From Prolixibacteraceae bacterium (GTDB lineage: Bacteria > Bacteroidota > Bacteroidia > Bacteroidales > Prolixibacteraceae): 45,548 bases of DNA. The position numbers were made by a program, and so were the translations under genes. Position 1 is the first letter of the stretch; each line of letters begins with the position of its first letter. The notes beneath the pieces are model-generated. The model searched no databases. It saw nothing but the letters and a program-made list of their open reading frames with translations, and was not told the origin of the DNA. The DNA is taken from NCBI GenBank assembly GCA_036170635.1, contig JAVHPO010000212.1, positions 1-45,548 of the forward strand, written 5' to 3'. Positions 1 to 8,593 of the stretch are shown here, piece by piece.

Positions 1-779
1 CGATTTTTGTTGCTACATTTTGGCCCCATATAGAAATGAATTTTGAGTTTTTCTTTATCATAACTGCTGTTTTAGGGACCACAATTTCCCCTTACATGTT
101 TTTTTGGCAAGCTTCTGAAGAAGTAGAGGAGGAAAAAGAGCAGCACCTGACCCATCGATATGGAAAGCCTACCATTGGAGCCCCATTTATCAAAAATCTG
201 CGTATCGATAATTTTGTCGGTATGGTATTCTCTGAAATCGCAACCTGGTCAATCATTGTGGTTGGTGCCACTGTATTACATCAAAATGGCATTACCAATG
301 TCGAAACTGCCGCCGATGCTGCCAAAGCACTGGAACCACTTGTTCAGACTTTTCCCAATGCAGGCTTCCTGGCAAAATTAATTTTTGCTTCCGGCATCAT
401 TGGTTTGGGATTATTGGGTATTCCCGTATTATCCGGTTCGGCAGCTTATGCCTATTCTGAAGCATTTGGCATGAAAGAAGGACTCAGCCTTAAATTAAAG
501 AAAGCTCATGGCTTTTATGGCGTTATTACCATTGCAACGCTTATTGGTTTAATGATTAATTTTATTGGCATTAATCCGATTAAAGCACTGGTATTTACTG
601 CCGTATTTAATGGTGTAGCTGCGGTACCTTTAATCTTTTTGATTGCCAGAATTGCACGAAATCGAAAAATTATGGGCGAATACAGCAGTGGATGGTTGTC
701 CAATGGAGTAGTGTGGATCACCTTCCTGGTTATGCTGGCATCCGCGGTAGCCATGTTTTACACTTTAGCCCAGCAATAA
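1..779 (+). CDS. NRAMP-family divalent metal transporter, C-terminal part (5' end lies outside the window)
   Basis: The frame of ORF 36..779 stays open back to base 3, so the gene enters from upstream. The product is a run of hydrophobic helices with a ...TISPYMFFWQASEEVEEE... loop typical of NRAMP/MntH-like transporters. Recognised by eye only. Confidence 0.55.
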   Translation, partial: IFVATFWPHIEMNFEFFFIITAVLGTTISPYMFFWQASEEVEEEKEQHLTHRYGKPTIGAPFIKNLRIDNFVGMVFSEIATWSIIVVGATVLHQNGITNVETAADAAKALEPLVQTFPNAGFLAKLIFASGIIGLGLLGIPVLSGSAAYAYSEAFGMKEGLSLKLKKAHGFYGVITIATLIGLMINFIGINPIKALVFTAVFNGVAAVPLIFLIARIARNRKIMGEYSSGWLSNGVVWITFLVMLASAVAMFYTLAQQ

Positions 780-792
780 CCCAACCTTGAAA

Positions 793-859
793 TGTGTGAA
801 TGATGTAACTTATGTTCAAAGTTATGTAACAACATACGGAATAATCCGGCTTACATTTG
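793..859 (+). promoter_or_regulatory. Composite stress-type promoter, copy 1
   Basis: box1 TGTGTGAATGATGTAAC (793-809), box2 TATGTAAC (823-830), -7-like TACATTTG (852-859). The next ATG at 884 is 25 nt after the octamer. Confidence 0.6.
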
Positions 860-883
860 AATTTAACTTCTAAATCATTTGAT

Positions 884-1069
884 ATGTCACTACTTAGTAT
901 TTTGGTAGCCATTATTGTGGTTGGTGTTCTCCTTTGGATTATCAATAATTTCCTGCCCATGGATCACCAAATCAAACGAATTTTCAACATTGTCGTTGTC
1001 ATAGCGTTGATTATTTGGCTTCTGAAGGCATTTGGACTTTTCGCGTACCTGACAAGTATTTACGTTTAA
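884..1069 (+). CDS. Small two-helix membrane protein (61 aa)
   Basis: The ORF track starts at TTG 857, but that codon sits inside the -7 box of promoter copy 1, so I take the first ATG (884). Hydrophobic helices MSLLSILVAIIVVGVLLWII and VVVIALIIWLLKAFGLF. From memory it resembles Thivi_2564-type small membrane proteins. Confidence 0.5.
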   Translation: MSLLSILVAIIVVGVLLWIINNFLPMDHQIKRIFNIVVVIALIIWLLKAFGLFAYLTSIYV

Positions 1070-1079
1070 ACAAATACAG

Positions 1080-1274
1080 ATGAATCTTAAGAGAATATTC
1101 GGAGCGCTGCTGACCCTTCTCGGAACAGGAGGTCTGATTTATGCAGCTGTACTTTTTGTCAATGCATCAGGCAATACACGGGATTTCAAGTCACTTGTCA
1201 TTTATGGTCTGCTTGGACTCCTGTTTTTTATTGCCGGCATAAGTTTGGTGCGCACGACGAAGGACGAATCGTGA
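1080..1274 (+). CDS. Small two-helix membrane protein (64 aa)
   Basis: Starts 10 nt after the previous stop. Two hydrophobic segments (IFGALLTLLGTGGLIYAAVLFV, LVIYGLLGLLFFIAGISLV). No family recognised. Confidence 0.45.
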   Translation: MNLKRIFGALLTLLGTGGLIYAAVLFVNASGNTRDFKSLVIYGLLGLLFFIAGISLVRTTKDES

Positions 1275-1412
1275 GATTAACAGCGGATATCCAACCTTAT
1301 CCAAAATTATATTGTATCAATTAACTACAAATATTGTTACCTCCTCTGGAAACACTACCTTTACCAGTACAGAATTGCGGAATTATTCAATCCCAATTTA
1401 ACACTGAACTCA

Positions 1413-3002
1413 ATGCAAGTAACGGTAACCAGAAAAAAACAGATTTTTTCTCCTGATTCTACACGGGTAATCGCCCGGTTTCTATATTTGGATGATGACC
1501 GGTCGGCGGATATAATCAGGAAGGTTTTGGCAATGCCCGAAGAGCAGGTGAAGATTGCCATGAGCCAGGTGCTGAGAGGTTACGCGCGTCGTCACAGAAA
1601 TATATCGCGCATATTTGAGAGGCATTTTGACAGACTTGCTCCCATCTTCGACAAGATTGAAGTCAATGAAGCGGATCTTAGTCCGGCGCAGAAAGCGTTG
1701 GTTGGTTCCTATTTTACCATGGAATATTCCATTGAATCTGCCGCTTTTTTTAATCCTTCCATTGTAGAACATCCCGATCAGTCTGAATTAAGATCAGATG
1801 AAAAAAGGGTGATTTTTAGTTTCCGGGCTACCGGCGAAGGGCATATCTCCTCAGTTGTCTTTCGATCAGGAATTCTTGACAGGCATAACAACCTCACCAT
1901 CGAACCTGTTGGTAAAATGCTGGCAGAAGCAGATAAAATTATACGAAATACATACCATAAAAAAAGTTTTAGGGAGAAACTGAATGAAATTCAAGATCAT
2001 AGCACGGTTATAGTTCCGCCAATACTGGCCGTAGATGAAATTCAGGTGCCTGAAGAAGTAATTTCTGCTGCTATATCAGATAAAAAAGAGGAGATGCAAG
2101 ACAAGGCCAAGGATGTTACACCAGATTTTATCCTTGATAAATTAGGTGAGACTTTTACTTATGGTGAATTGATGAAGAATCTTGGTATAGCCATCAAAGA
2201 TACTGCCATTACAGAAGAGCATATCAAAATAATCAATCAAATGATGTGGCTGGCTTCCTCTCATTATGAGATTCACTTTTCAATTGATTCAGCCATTTCC
2301 GAAAGGGTTATTTTCCCCATATCGGCAACCGAACAAAGGGGGATTGAGGATGCCAGGTTTGTTAAATTCATTGACGACAATGGAGAGGTAACTTATTTTG
2401 CTACTTATACTGCCTATGATGGAATATCCATTCTGCCCAAATTAATTAGTACCAAAGATTTCTACGATTTTAGGATTTTGCCAATTAATGGCGAGGTTGC
2501 CCAAAACAAGGGGATGGCGCTGTTTCCAAGGAGGATTAACGGGAAGTATGCCATGTTATGCAGAATAGACGGGGTAAATAATTATATTGCTTACTCGGAG
2601 AATATAAATATCTGGCGTACGGCCAAAGTTATTCAGAAACCCCAATTTCCCTGGGATCTTGTGCAAATTGGCAATTCCGGTTCTCCAATTGAGACCCCCG
2701 ATGGTTGGTTGGTTATTACGCATGCAGTCGGGTCTATGAGGGAATATACGCTTAGTGCATCCTTGTATGACCGCGAAAACCCCGAGATCTTAATCGGGAA
2801 GTTGAATGAACCGTTAATGGTCCCCAATGAAGAGGAAAGGGAAGGTTACGTGCCGAATGTAATCTATTCGTGCGGTTCTATGATTCACAATGAAGATCTG
2901 GTCATCCCGTATGCCATGTCGGATCACGCCTCCTCATACGCGACGGTTAATCTGAGGGAGTTACTGGATGTATTGAAGGCCACAGGCAACTCCGAAAAGT
3001 AG
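1413..3002 (+). CDS. GH130-like glycosidase/beta-mannoside phosphorylase-related protein with an unassigned N-terminal ~290-aa extension
   Basis: The C-terminal ~240 aa carry segments I associate with the PH1107-related/GH130 fold: GIEDARFVKF, YFATYTAYDG, MALFPRRINGKYAML, NSGSPIETPDGWLVITHAVG, YVPNVIYSCG. I recognise no family in the N-terminal half. Confidence 0.55.
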   Translation: MQVTVTRKKQIFSPDSTRVIARFLYLDDDRSADIIRKVLAMPEEQVKIAMSQVLRGYARRHRNISRIFERHFDRLAPIFDKIEVNEADLSPAQKALVGSYFTMEYSIESAAFFNPSIVEHPDQSELRSDEKRVIFSFRATGEGHISSVVFRSGILDRHNNLTIEPVGKMLAEADKIIRNTYHKKSFREKLNEIQDHSTVIVPPILAVDEIQVPEEVISAAISDKKEEMQDKAKDVTPDFILDKLGETFTYGELMKNLGIAIKDTAITEEHIKIINQMMWLASSHYEIHFSIDSAISERVIFPISATEQRGIEDARFVKFIDDNGEVTYFATYTAYDGISILPKLISTKDFYDFRILPINGEVAQNKGMALFPRRINGKYAMLCRIDGVNNYIAYSENINIWRTAKVIQKPQFPWDLVQIGNSGSPIETPDGWLVITHAVGSMREYTLSASLYDRENPEILIGKLNEPLMVPNEEEREGYVPNVIYSCGSMIHNEDLVIPYAMSDHASSYATVNLRELLDVLKATGNSEK

Positions 3003-3060
3003 CAGGACTCAAACACCCTTCATTTAATAATCATTTCAGGTATTGCATCTTCAGCAGAAA

Positions 3061-3127
3061 TGTGTGAATGATGCAATTTTTTTATGCAATTGTGTAACGC
3101 ATTTAGATACTGGGTTCCTCATCTTTG
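3061..3127 (+). promoter_or_regulatory. Composite stress-type promoter, copy 2
   Basis: box1 TGTGTGAATGATGCAAT (3061-3077), box2 TGTGTAAC (3091-3098), -7-like CATCTTTG (3120-3127). ATG at 3154 is 27 nt after the octamer. Confidence 0.55.
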
Positions 3128-3153
3128 ACCAGATGATTTTTTTAACTTAAGGA

Positions 3154-3348
3154 ATGGTTACCATGAACACAACAGAAGAAAACGGAAACCTGCATAAACT
3201 GAACGGAGCGCTCAAACAGAAATTCGCCCGTTTAACAAAGGACTACCAGCTGTACCAGGAAGGACTGCAACAGGAAGTATTTGGAAAACTGCAGATCAGG
3301 TATGGAAAAACTGAAAAAGAACTGGACATGATTATTGCGACGCTTTAA
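3154..3348 (+). CDS. CsbD-like general stress protein (64 aa)
   Basis: The pattern ...LNGALKQKFARLTKDYQLYQEGLQQEVFGKLQIRYGKTEKEL... matches the CsbD layout (G-x-K-x-K-x-x-LT-x-D ... EG ... GK-Q-x-RYG). Small, hydrophilic, and directly behind promoter copy 2. Confidence 0.55.
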   Translation: MVTMNTTEENGNLHKLNGALKQKFARLTKDYQLYQEGLQQEVFGKLQIRYGKTEKELDMIIATL

Positions 3349-3415
3349 AGTGGGAATGATGTAACTCTTCATGTTAATTGTGTAACATTTATCCTCATCG
3401 TGAAGCTCACATTTG
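3349..3415 (+). promoter_or_regulatory. Composite stress-type promoter, copy 3
   Basis: box1 AGTGGGAATGATGTAAC (3349-3365), box2 TGTGTAAC (3379-3386), -7-like CACATTTG (3408-3415). ATG at 3455 is 40 nt after the octamer. It begins right at the csbD-like stop codon. Confidence 0.6.
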
Positions 3416-3454
3416 TATACTGTAATTTTTTACCATCATTAAAAAACAATCATT

Positions 3455-3733
3455 ATGAACACAGGAAAAGTATTATTAGGTGTATTGGCTGGAGTCGCTA
3501 CAGGCGCTTTGCTGGGAATTTTATTCGCTCCGGCCAAGGGTTCACGTACCCGAAGAAGAATCCTCAGGCAGGGTGAGAGCTATGTGGACGGTCTAAAAGA
3601 AAAGTTCAACGAATATGCTGACACCATCACCGAGAAACTGGAACATGCCAAGGAAGAAGTCTCTGCATTTGCTCAAAAGGGTAAGGAGAAATTTGAAGAG
3701 GCTGAAAAAGAGGTGAAAGCATCCAAGGTTTGA
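3455..3733 (+). CDS. YtxH domain-containing protein (92 aa)
   Basis: N-terminal helix GVLAGVATGALLGILFAPAKGSRTRRRI is the YtxH signature. It is followed by a charged Lys/Glu-rich helical tail. Confidence 0.7.
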   Translation: MNTGKVLLGVLAGVATGALLGILFAPAKGSRTRRRILRQGESYVDGLKEKFNEYADTITEKLEHAKEEVSAFAQKGKEKFEEAEKEVKASKV

Positions 3734-3790
3734 ATCATTTAAAGCAATTTAGATAATTTGACTGCTCCGGGAGATCAATTAATAAACATT

Positions 3791-3876
3791 ATCCCTGTCA
3801 GGTTTTAGCCATTTGCTTGTCACCGATAGATTAAGCTTAGCAGAACGATTTCAATTCACGCCTGACAGGGATTTTT
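3791..3876 (+). other. Perfect 12-bp inverted repeat with 58-nt spacer, followed by T4 (possible large-loop terminator or structured RNA)
   Basis: ATCCCTGTCAGG (3791-3802) pairs with CCTGACAGGGAT (3861-3872), followed by TTTT (3873-3876). It lies between ytxH-like and the next gene. Confidence 0.35.
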
Positions 3877-3904
3877 GGAGCAATATCAATTAAATCATAT
3901 TATC

Positions 3905-4318
3905 ATGTGGAAAAAAATGTCGAATGACAATCTATTGTTTTACAAGAATACAAATTCGCTCAATCCATCTTTGTTACTTTTCGATTTCCCATCATTAATT
4001 GGAAAAATGAAACACAAACAGACCTGGGTTAAAGGGGATCTTGAAACCATGATTCTGTTGAAAATACCCGCCAAACAGATTGTACTTACCGCATTGCACG
4101 AAGGAACCGAGATAAAATCGTTCCAGTCAAACGAATCCATTACCTTTCAAGTAATAGAAGGGGAAATGAAGTTTCATAGCCGGAAAGGATCTGTGAATCT
4201 TGACAAAAGTCAATTGCTGACCCTCAGTGAAAATATAAATTATAGTCTGACCACGAATGTAGAGACGGTACTTCTTTTAACAATAACGAGCGGGTCAATA
4301 CAACTCTCAGAAAATTAA
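3905..4318 (+). CDS. Hypothetical protein, possibly cupin-fold
   Basis: The ORF-track TTG start at 3875 overlaps the T-run of the inverted repeat, so I use the first ATG at 3905 (3917 is an alternative). The beta-rich C-terminal half (ITFQVIEGEMKFHSRKGSVNLDKSQLLTL...TVLLLTI) resembles a cupin barrel, but I see no metal-binding His pattern. Confidence 0.35.
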   Translation: MWKKMSNDNLLFYKNTNSLNPSLLLFDFPSLIGKMKHKQTWVKGDLETMILLKIPAKQIVLTALHEGTEIKSFQSNESITFQVIEGEMKFHSRKGSVNLDKSQLLTLSENINYSLTTNVETVLLLTITSGSIQLSEN

Positions 4319-4326
4319 ATATACAC

Positions 4327-4698
4327 ATGTTTAATAATATTCTCCGCCCAAATGCCAGGGGAGGCACGATTGGGATGATTGAATCACTGTTTGAAAAAAC
4401 CGTGGATTATGGAAAAACAAGCTTTCTATTGGTGAAACTTAGAACGCTAAACAAGACTTCAGATGTTGTTTCCTCCCTCCTCGCCCACACGGTTGTCCTG
4501 ATTTTTGCTTTATCATTTATGCTTTTCCTGAGTTTGGGCTTAGCTATTTGGCTTGGCGAAATTTTTGGCAATACCTTTTATGGGTTCTTTGTGGTAGCGG
4601 CCTTTTACGGGTTGACAGGGATTTTTATCCATCTTTTCCTGCACAAATGGATCAAAAAGTTGGCAAGCGATCGCTTTATTGAACAAGTGCTTAAATAA
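4327..4698 (+). CDS. Membrane protein of the 'phage holin family / Holin-X-like' type commonly found next to ytxH
   Basis: 123 aa with two adjacent hydrophobic helices (VVLIFALSFMLFLSLGLAIWL, GFFVVAAFYGLTGIFIHLFL) after an amphipathic N-terminus. Sits 8 nt after the previous stop. Confidence 0.45.
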   Translation: MFNNILRPNARGGTIGMIESLFEKTVDYGKTSFLLVKLRTLNKTSDVVSSLLAHTVVLIFALSFMLFLSLGLAIWLGEIFGNTFYGFFVVAAFYGLTGIFIHLFLHKWIKKLASDRFIEQVLK

Positions 4699-4704
4699 AC
4701 TAAG

Positions 4705-5103
4705 ATGCAAAACAGATCTTCAACTGCAGTGTTAAAAGATACGATTCAACTATTGGAAACCGAACAGAAAATTGAAGGACGGCTTTTGAAAGAACAATTT
4801 TATTTGACCTATGAAAGCCTGAAACCAGTCAATCTTCTCCGAAGTTCAATAAGGGATGTCGCTTCGTCACCCTATTTGATTGATAACATCATAGGCACGG
4901 CAGTGGGTTTGGCTACAGGTTATCTGTCCAGAAAAATTGTGATAGGAACCTCGGGAAATATTATCAGAAAACTTTTTGGCTTTTTGTTTCAGTTGGGTGT
5001 TACAAATACGGTTGCGCAACACCCAGGATCCATAAAATCAATCGCTCAATATTTCTACCAACATTTTCTCCGTAAAAAAAGAGAAAAAGCTCAATTATTG
5101 TGA
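4705..5103 (+). CDS. Hypothetical protein (132 aa)
   Basis: Complete ORF 6 nt after the previous gene. Its stop overlaps the start of the next gene (GTGA). No family recognised. Confidence 0.4.
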   Translation: MQNRSSTAVLKDTIQLLETEQKIEGRLLKEQFYLTYESLKPVNLLRSSIRDVASSPYLIDNIIGTAVGLATGYLSRKIVIGTSGNIIRKLFGFLFQLGVTNTVAQHPGSIKSIAQYFYQHFLRKKREKAQLL

Positions 5104-6209
5104 TAAAGAGAGAATTACAATTACCATTTTATGCAAAGGCTTCCATCTTTTTTATCGGTTTGGTTGCCTTTGTTGCCATATTGTACATTGCTCAAGGAAT
5201 TATTGTCCCTTTTGTTTTCTCAGTCATTGTAGCCATCCTGCTTCATCCGGTTGTGAATTTTCTGATCCGGCTAAAAATCAATAGAATTATTGCCATTGTA
5301 ATAGCACTATTTCTAACTTCTTTGGTGCTTGCGGCATTTTTTTCACTTATTTTTTCACAAGTGACTCAGTTTAGTGAATCATGGCCAAAACTGGTCGACA
5401 AACTGACCGAAACGCTCAACCAAATTATTTCCGGACTAGCCGGCTATCTGGATATAAAACCTCAAATCATAAATGAGTGGCTTACCAAGTCCAAGGGAGA
5501 ATTTCTCCACTTCAGCAATGAAGCAATCGGGCAAACCATTCTTTCAGTGGGTCATGCTGTCATGCTTGTTTTTTTAATCCCTGTTTACATCTTTTTTATC
5601 TTGTTTTACCAGCCACTTCTAATGGAGTTTATTCACCGTCTCTTTACCTCAAGCGACCATCATCAGGTGAGCGAAATTGTTACCCAGATAAAAACTGTTA
5701 TTCAAAGATACCTGGTAGGTTTGGTGATAGAGGCTATTATGATAGCAGCGTTGGATACAGCCGCTCTCCTGATACTTGGAATTGATTATGCTATTCTGCT
5801 TGGTATTATCGGTGCATTACTCAATGTGATCCCCTATATCGGAGGTATTGTAGCTGTTGCGTTACCAATGATGATTGCACTTGCCACGAAATCTACTGCC
5901 TGGTATGCCTTTTATGTATTGGGTGGCTACTATTTCATTCAACTTATTGACAATCATTATATTGTTCCATTCATCGTCGCATCTAAAGTTAAAATAAATG
6001 CACTTTTCTCACTCATTGTGGTTTTTGTTGGGAATGCAATTTGGGGAATTCCCGGCATGCTCCTTTCCATACCTCTTTTGGCCATTGCAAAAGTAATATT
6101 CGACCATATTGAATCGGTAAAACCCTGGGGATTTTTATTGGGTGATACCATGCCTCCATTATTGACAATTGATCCAATAATAAAAAAATTAAAAAAATTG
6201 GTACCATGA
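5100..6209 (+). CDS. AI-2E family (PerM/YdiK-like) transporter
   Basis: 369 aa, about 8 hydrophobic helices, with the characteristic C-terminal block ...ALLNVIPYIGGIVAVALPMMIAL... and ...IWGIPGMLLSIPLLAI.... GTG start overlaps the upstream stop. Confidence 0.7.
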   Translation: MIKRELQLPFYAKASIFFIGLVAFVAILYIAQGIIVPFVFSVIVAILLHPVVNFLIRLKINRIIAIVIALFLTSLVLAAFFSLIFSQVTQFSESWPKLVDKLTETLNQIISGLAGYLDIKPQIINEWLTKSKGEFLHFSNEAIGQTILSVGHAVMLVFLIPVYIFFILFYQPLLMEFIHRLFTSSDHHQVSEIVTQIKTVIQRYLVGLVIEAIMIAALDTAALLILGIDYAILLGIIGALLNVIPYIGGIVAVALPMMIALATKSTAWYAFYVLGGYYFIQLIDNHYIVPFIVASKVKINALFSLIVVFVGNAIWGIPGMLLSIPLLAIAKVIFDHIESVKPWGFLLGDTMPPLLTIDPIIKKLKKLVP

Positions 6210-6233
6210 CCAATTTATTTTATAACAACAAAA

Positions 6234-8561
6234 ATGAAAAATGAAATAATTTCGGCTCTATCCGTTGATTCAATCCACACTTCCCAAGAGATCTTAGGAT
6301 TGGTTAATCACGGGACGATCCTTTTAAAAAGCAATGAAATTTGTTGGGAGTCAGCAAAGGAGTTTGCCGAAATATTGGTAGTAACCTCCTATCCTCCCCG
6401 GGAATGCGGCATTGCTACTTATTCTCAGGATCTGATCAGAGCCATTAACAACAAATTCAGCAATTCAATATCCATCAAGGTTTGTGCACTTGAATCCAAT
6501 GAAACAAATTACTCCTATCCCAGTGAAGTCAAATATATCCTTAAAACCTCACTGGCCGAAGAGTATGAAAAAATGGCGATTACAATCAATAAAAATGATC
6601 GTATCAAACTTATTCTCATTCAGCATGAGTTCGGATTCTATAAAAAGCAGGAAAACGCGTTTATGCAATTTCTATTTGAACTCTCTAAACCTGTTGTGAT
6701 CGCTTTTCATACCGTTTTGCCTCATCCTGATTTGGAATTACTCTCAAATATTAAACATATCTGCTCTGTATGTCAGTCAATTATAGTTATGACGCAATCC
6801 TCGGCTGATATTTTATTGAAGGAATACAATGTACCTTCTGAGAAGATCTCAGTGATTGCGCATGGTACACATCTGGTTCCTCATTTGAGCGAAAAGTTCT
6901 TGAAACAGAAGTATGGATTAACAAATAGAAAAGTTCTTACCACATTTGGTCTGCTGAGTTCAGGAAAAGGAATTGAAACCACACTGGCTGCTTTACCTGC
7001 GATTATCAAACAATGCCCTGAAGTTATGTTTATGATAATGGGTAAAACACATCCTGAGGTTGTTAAAACAGATGGAGAACAATACCGCGAAATGTTGGTG
7101 GAAACGGTAAACAAACTGGGAATTGAGGATCATGTACGTTTTATCAATAAATATCTGTCACTTACTGAATTGCTTGAATATCTACAACTTACAGACATAT
7201 ATCTCTTTACTGCAAATGATCCGAATCAGGCCGTAAGTGGCACCTTTGCCTATGCGATGAGTTGCGGTTGCCCCATCATTTCTACTCCCATTCCCCATGC
7301 CGTGGAAGTATTAACGACTGATACGGGTATAATTTTTGATTTTCGCGATTCCGGCCAGTTGGCAGCTGGTGTGAACCACTTACTTCAAAATGATTCTTTA
7401 CGAAAAAAACTCAGTGTCAATGTATTGCAAAAAATAATATCTACTGCCTGGGAAAATTCCGCAATTGAACATGCCTTGTTGTTGGGGAAAATTGCCGATG
7501 AAAAAATGGTACTACGGTACAATCTCCCGTCTATCAAGTTTGATCACCTCAACAATATGACTACCGATATCGGAATCATTCAATTTTCAAAAATCAACCA
7601 GCCAGATATTAATTCCGGATATACACTGGATGATAACGCCCGTGCACTGATTGCCTGTTGCATGTATTTCAAATTAACCGGTGATGAAAAAAGTGTGTTT
7701 TACATACAGAAATATCTGAATTTTGTTAAGTATTGCCAATTACCTTCCGGTGATTTCTTAAATTATGTCGACCAGGGGAGCCATTTTACTGACCAGAACA
7801 AAGCAGTAAATCTGGATGATTCCAACGGGAGGGCTATCTGGGCTTTGGGATACTTGATCTCATTGATTGATCTGCTTCCCACAAAAATAATACTTGAAGC
7901 TGACAGAATACTCGCTAAATCGCTCCTTACATTTGACAGGGTTCATTCTACGAGAGCAATGTCCTTTGCTATCAAGGGGGTGTATTATTATCACCACACC
8001 ATGAAATCGAGCGAAAATCTACTTCTGACCAAAACCTTAGCCAATCGGTTGGTACAGATGTACAAACACGAATCGACAAGAGAATGGGAATGGTTCGAGG
8101 GATATCTCACTTATGCCAACAGCATCTTACCGGAAGCTATGTTGTATGCATGGTTGTTGACTGGTGAAGAAAATTACAAGGAGATCGCAAATTCGTCCCT
8201 GGATTTTCTGCTCTCGCATACCTTCAATCAAAATGGAATCGAAGTAATTTCCAACAAAGAATGGTTTTTCAGGGGTGGGGAAACAGGGAAATTTGGTGAA
8301 CAACCTATTGATGTTGCCTATACTATCATGACATTAAGCAAATTCTACGATGTATTTGATAACGACAAAATGTATGAAAAAATGGTTACAGCATTCAATT
8401 GGTTTTTAGGGGAAAACCGTTTGCACCAAATTGTTTACAACCCCTGTACCGGAGGCTGCTATGATGGATTGGAAGAGAGGAATGTTAACCTCAATCAGGG
8501 TGCTGAATCAACGATTAGTTACCTGATGGCCAGATTAACCATTGAAAAGTATAATAAGTAA
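6234..8561 (+). CDS. Group 1 (GT4-type, GT-B fold) glycosyltransferase fused to a ~340-aa C-terminal domain of unknown function
   Basis: The N-terminal ~430 aa have the GT4 layout (ILVVTSYPPRECGIATYSQDL..., FGLLSSGKGIE, AVSGTFAYAMSCGCPIISTP). Residues ~440-775 are helix-rich (DDNARALIACCMY, SNGRAIWALGYL, YLTYANSILPEAMLYAW), reminiscent of an alpha/alpha-toroid glycoside-binding domain. Confidence 0.6.
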   Translation: MKNEIISALSVDSIHTSQEILGLVNHGTILLKSNEICWESAKEFAEILVVTSYPPRECGIATYSQDLIRAINNKFSNSISIKVCALESNETNYSYPSEVKYILKTSLAEEYEKMAITINKNDRIKLILIQHEFGFYKKQENAFMQFLFELSKPVVIAFHTVLPHPDLELLSNIKHICSVCQSIIVMTQSSADILLKEYNVPSEKISVIAHGTHLVPHLSEKFLKQKYGLTNRKVLTTFGLLSSGKGIETTLAALPAIIKQCPEVMFMIMGKTHPEVVKTDGEQYREMLVETVNKLGIEDHVRFINKYLSLTELLEYLQLTDIYLFTANDPNQAVSGTFAYAMSCGCPIISTPIPHAVEVLTTDTGIIFDFRDSGQLAAGVNHLLQNDSLRKKLSVNVLQKIISTAWENSAIEHALLLGKIADEKMVLRYNLPSIKFDHLNNMTTDIGIIQFSKINQPDINSGYTLDDNARALIACCMYFKLTGDEKSVFYIQKYLNFVKYCQLPSGDFLNYVDQGSHFTDQNKAVNLDDSNGRAIWALGYLISLIDLLPTKIILEADRILAKSLLTFDRVHSTRAMSFAIKGVYYYHHTMKSSENLLLTKTLANRLVQMYKHESTREWEWFEGYLTYANSILPEAMLYAWLLTGEENYKEIANSSLDFLLSHTFNQNGIEVISNKEWFFRGGETGKFGEQPIDVAYTIMTLSKFYDVFDNDKMYEKMVTAFNWFLGENRLHQIVYNPCTGGCYDGLEERNVNLNQGAESTISYLMARLTIEKYNK

Positions 8562-8593
8562 CAACCGGATCTGTTCAAATAAACTTATCTGCT

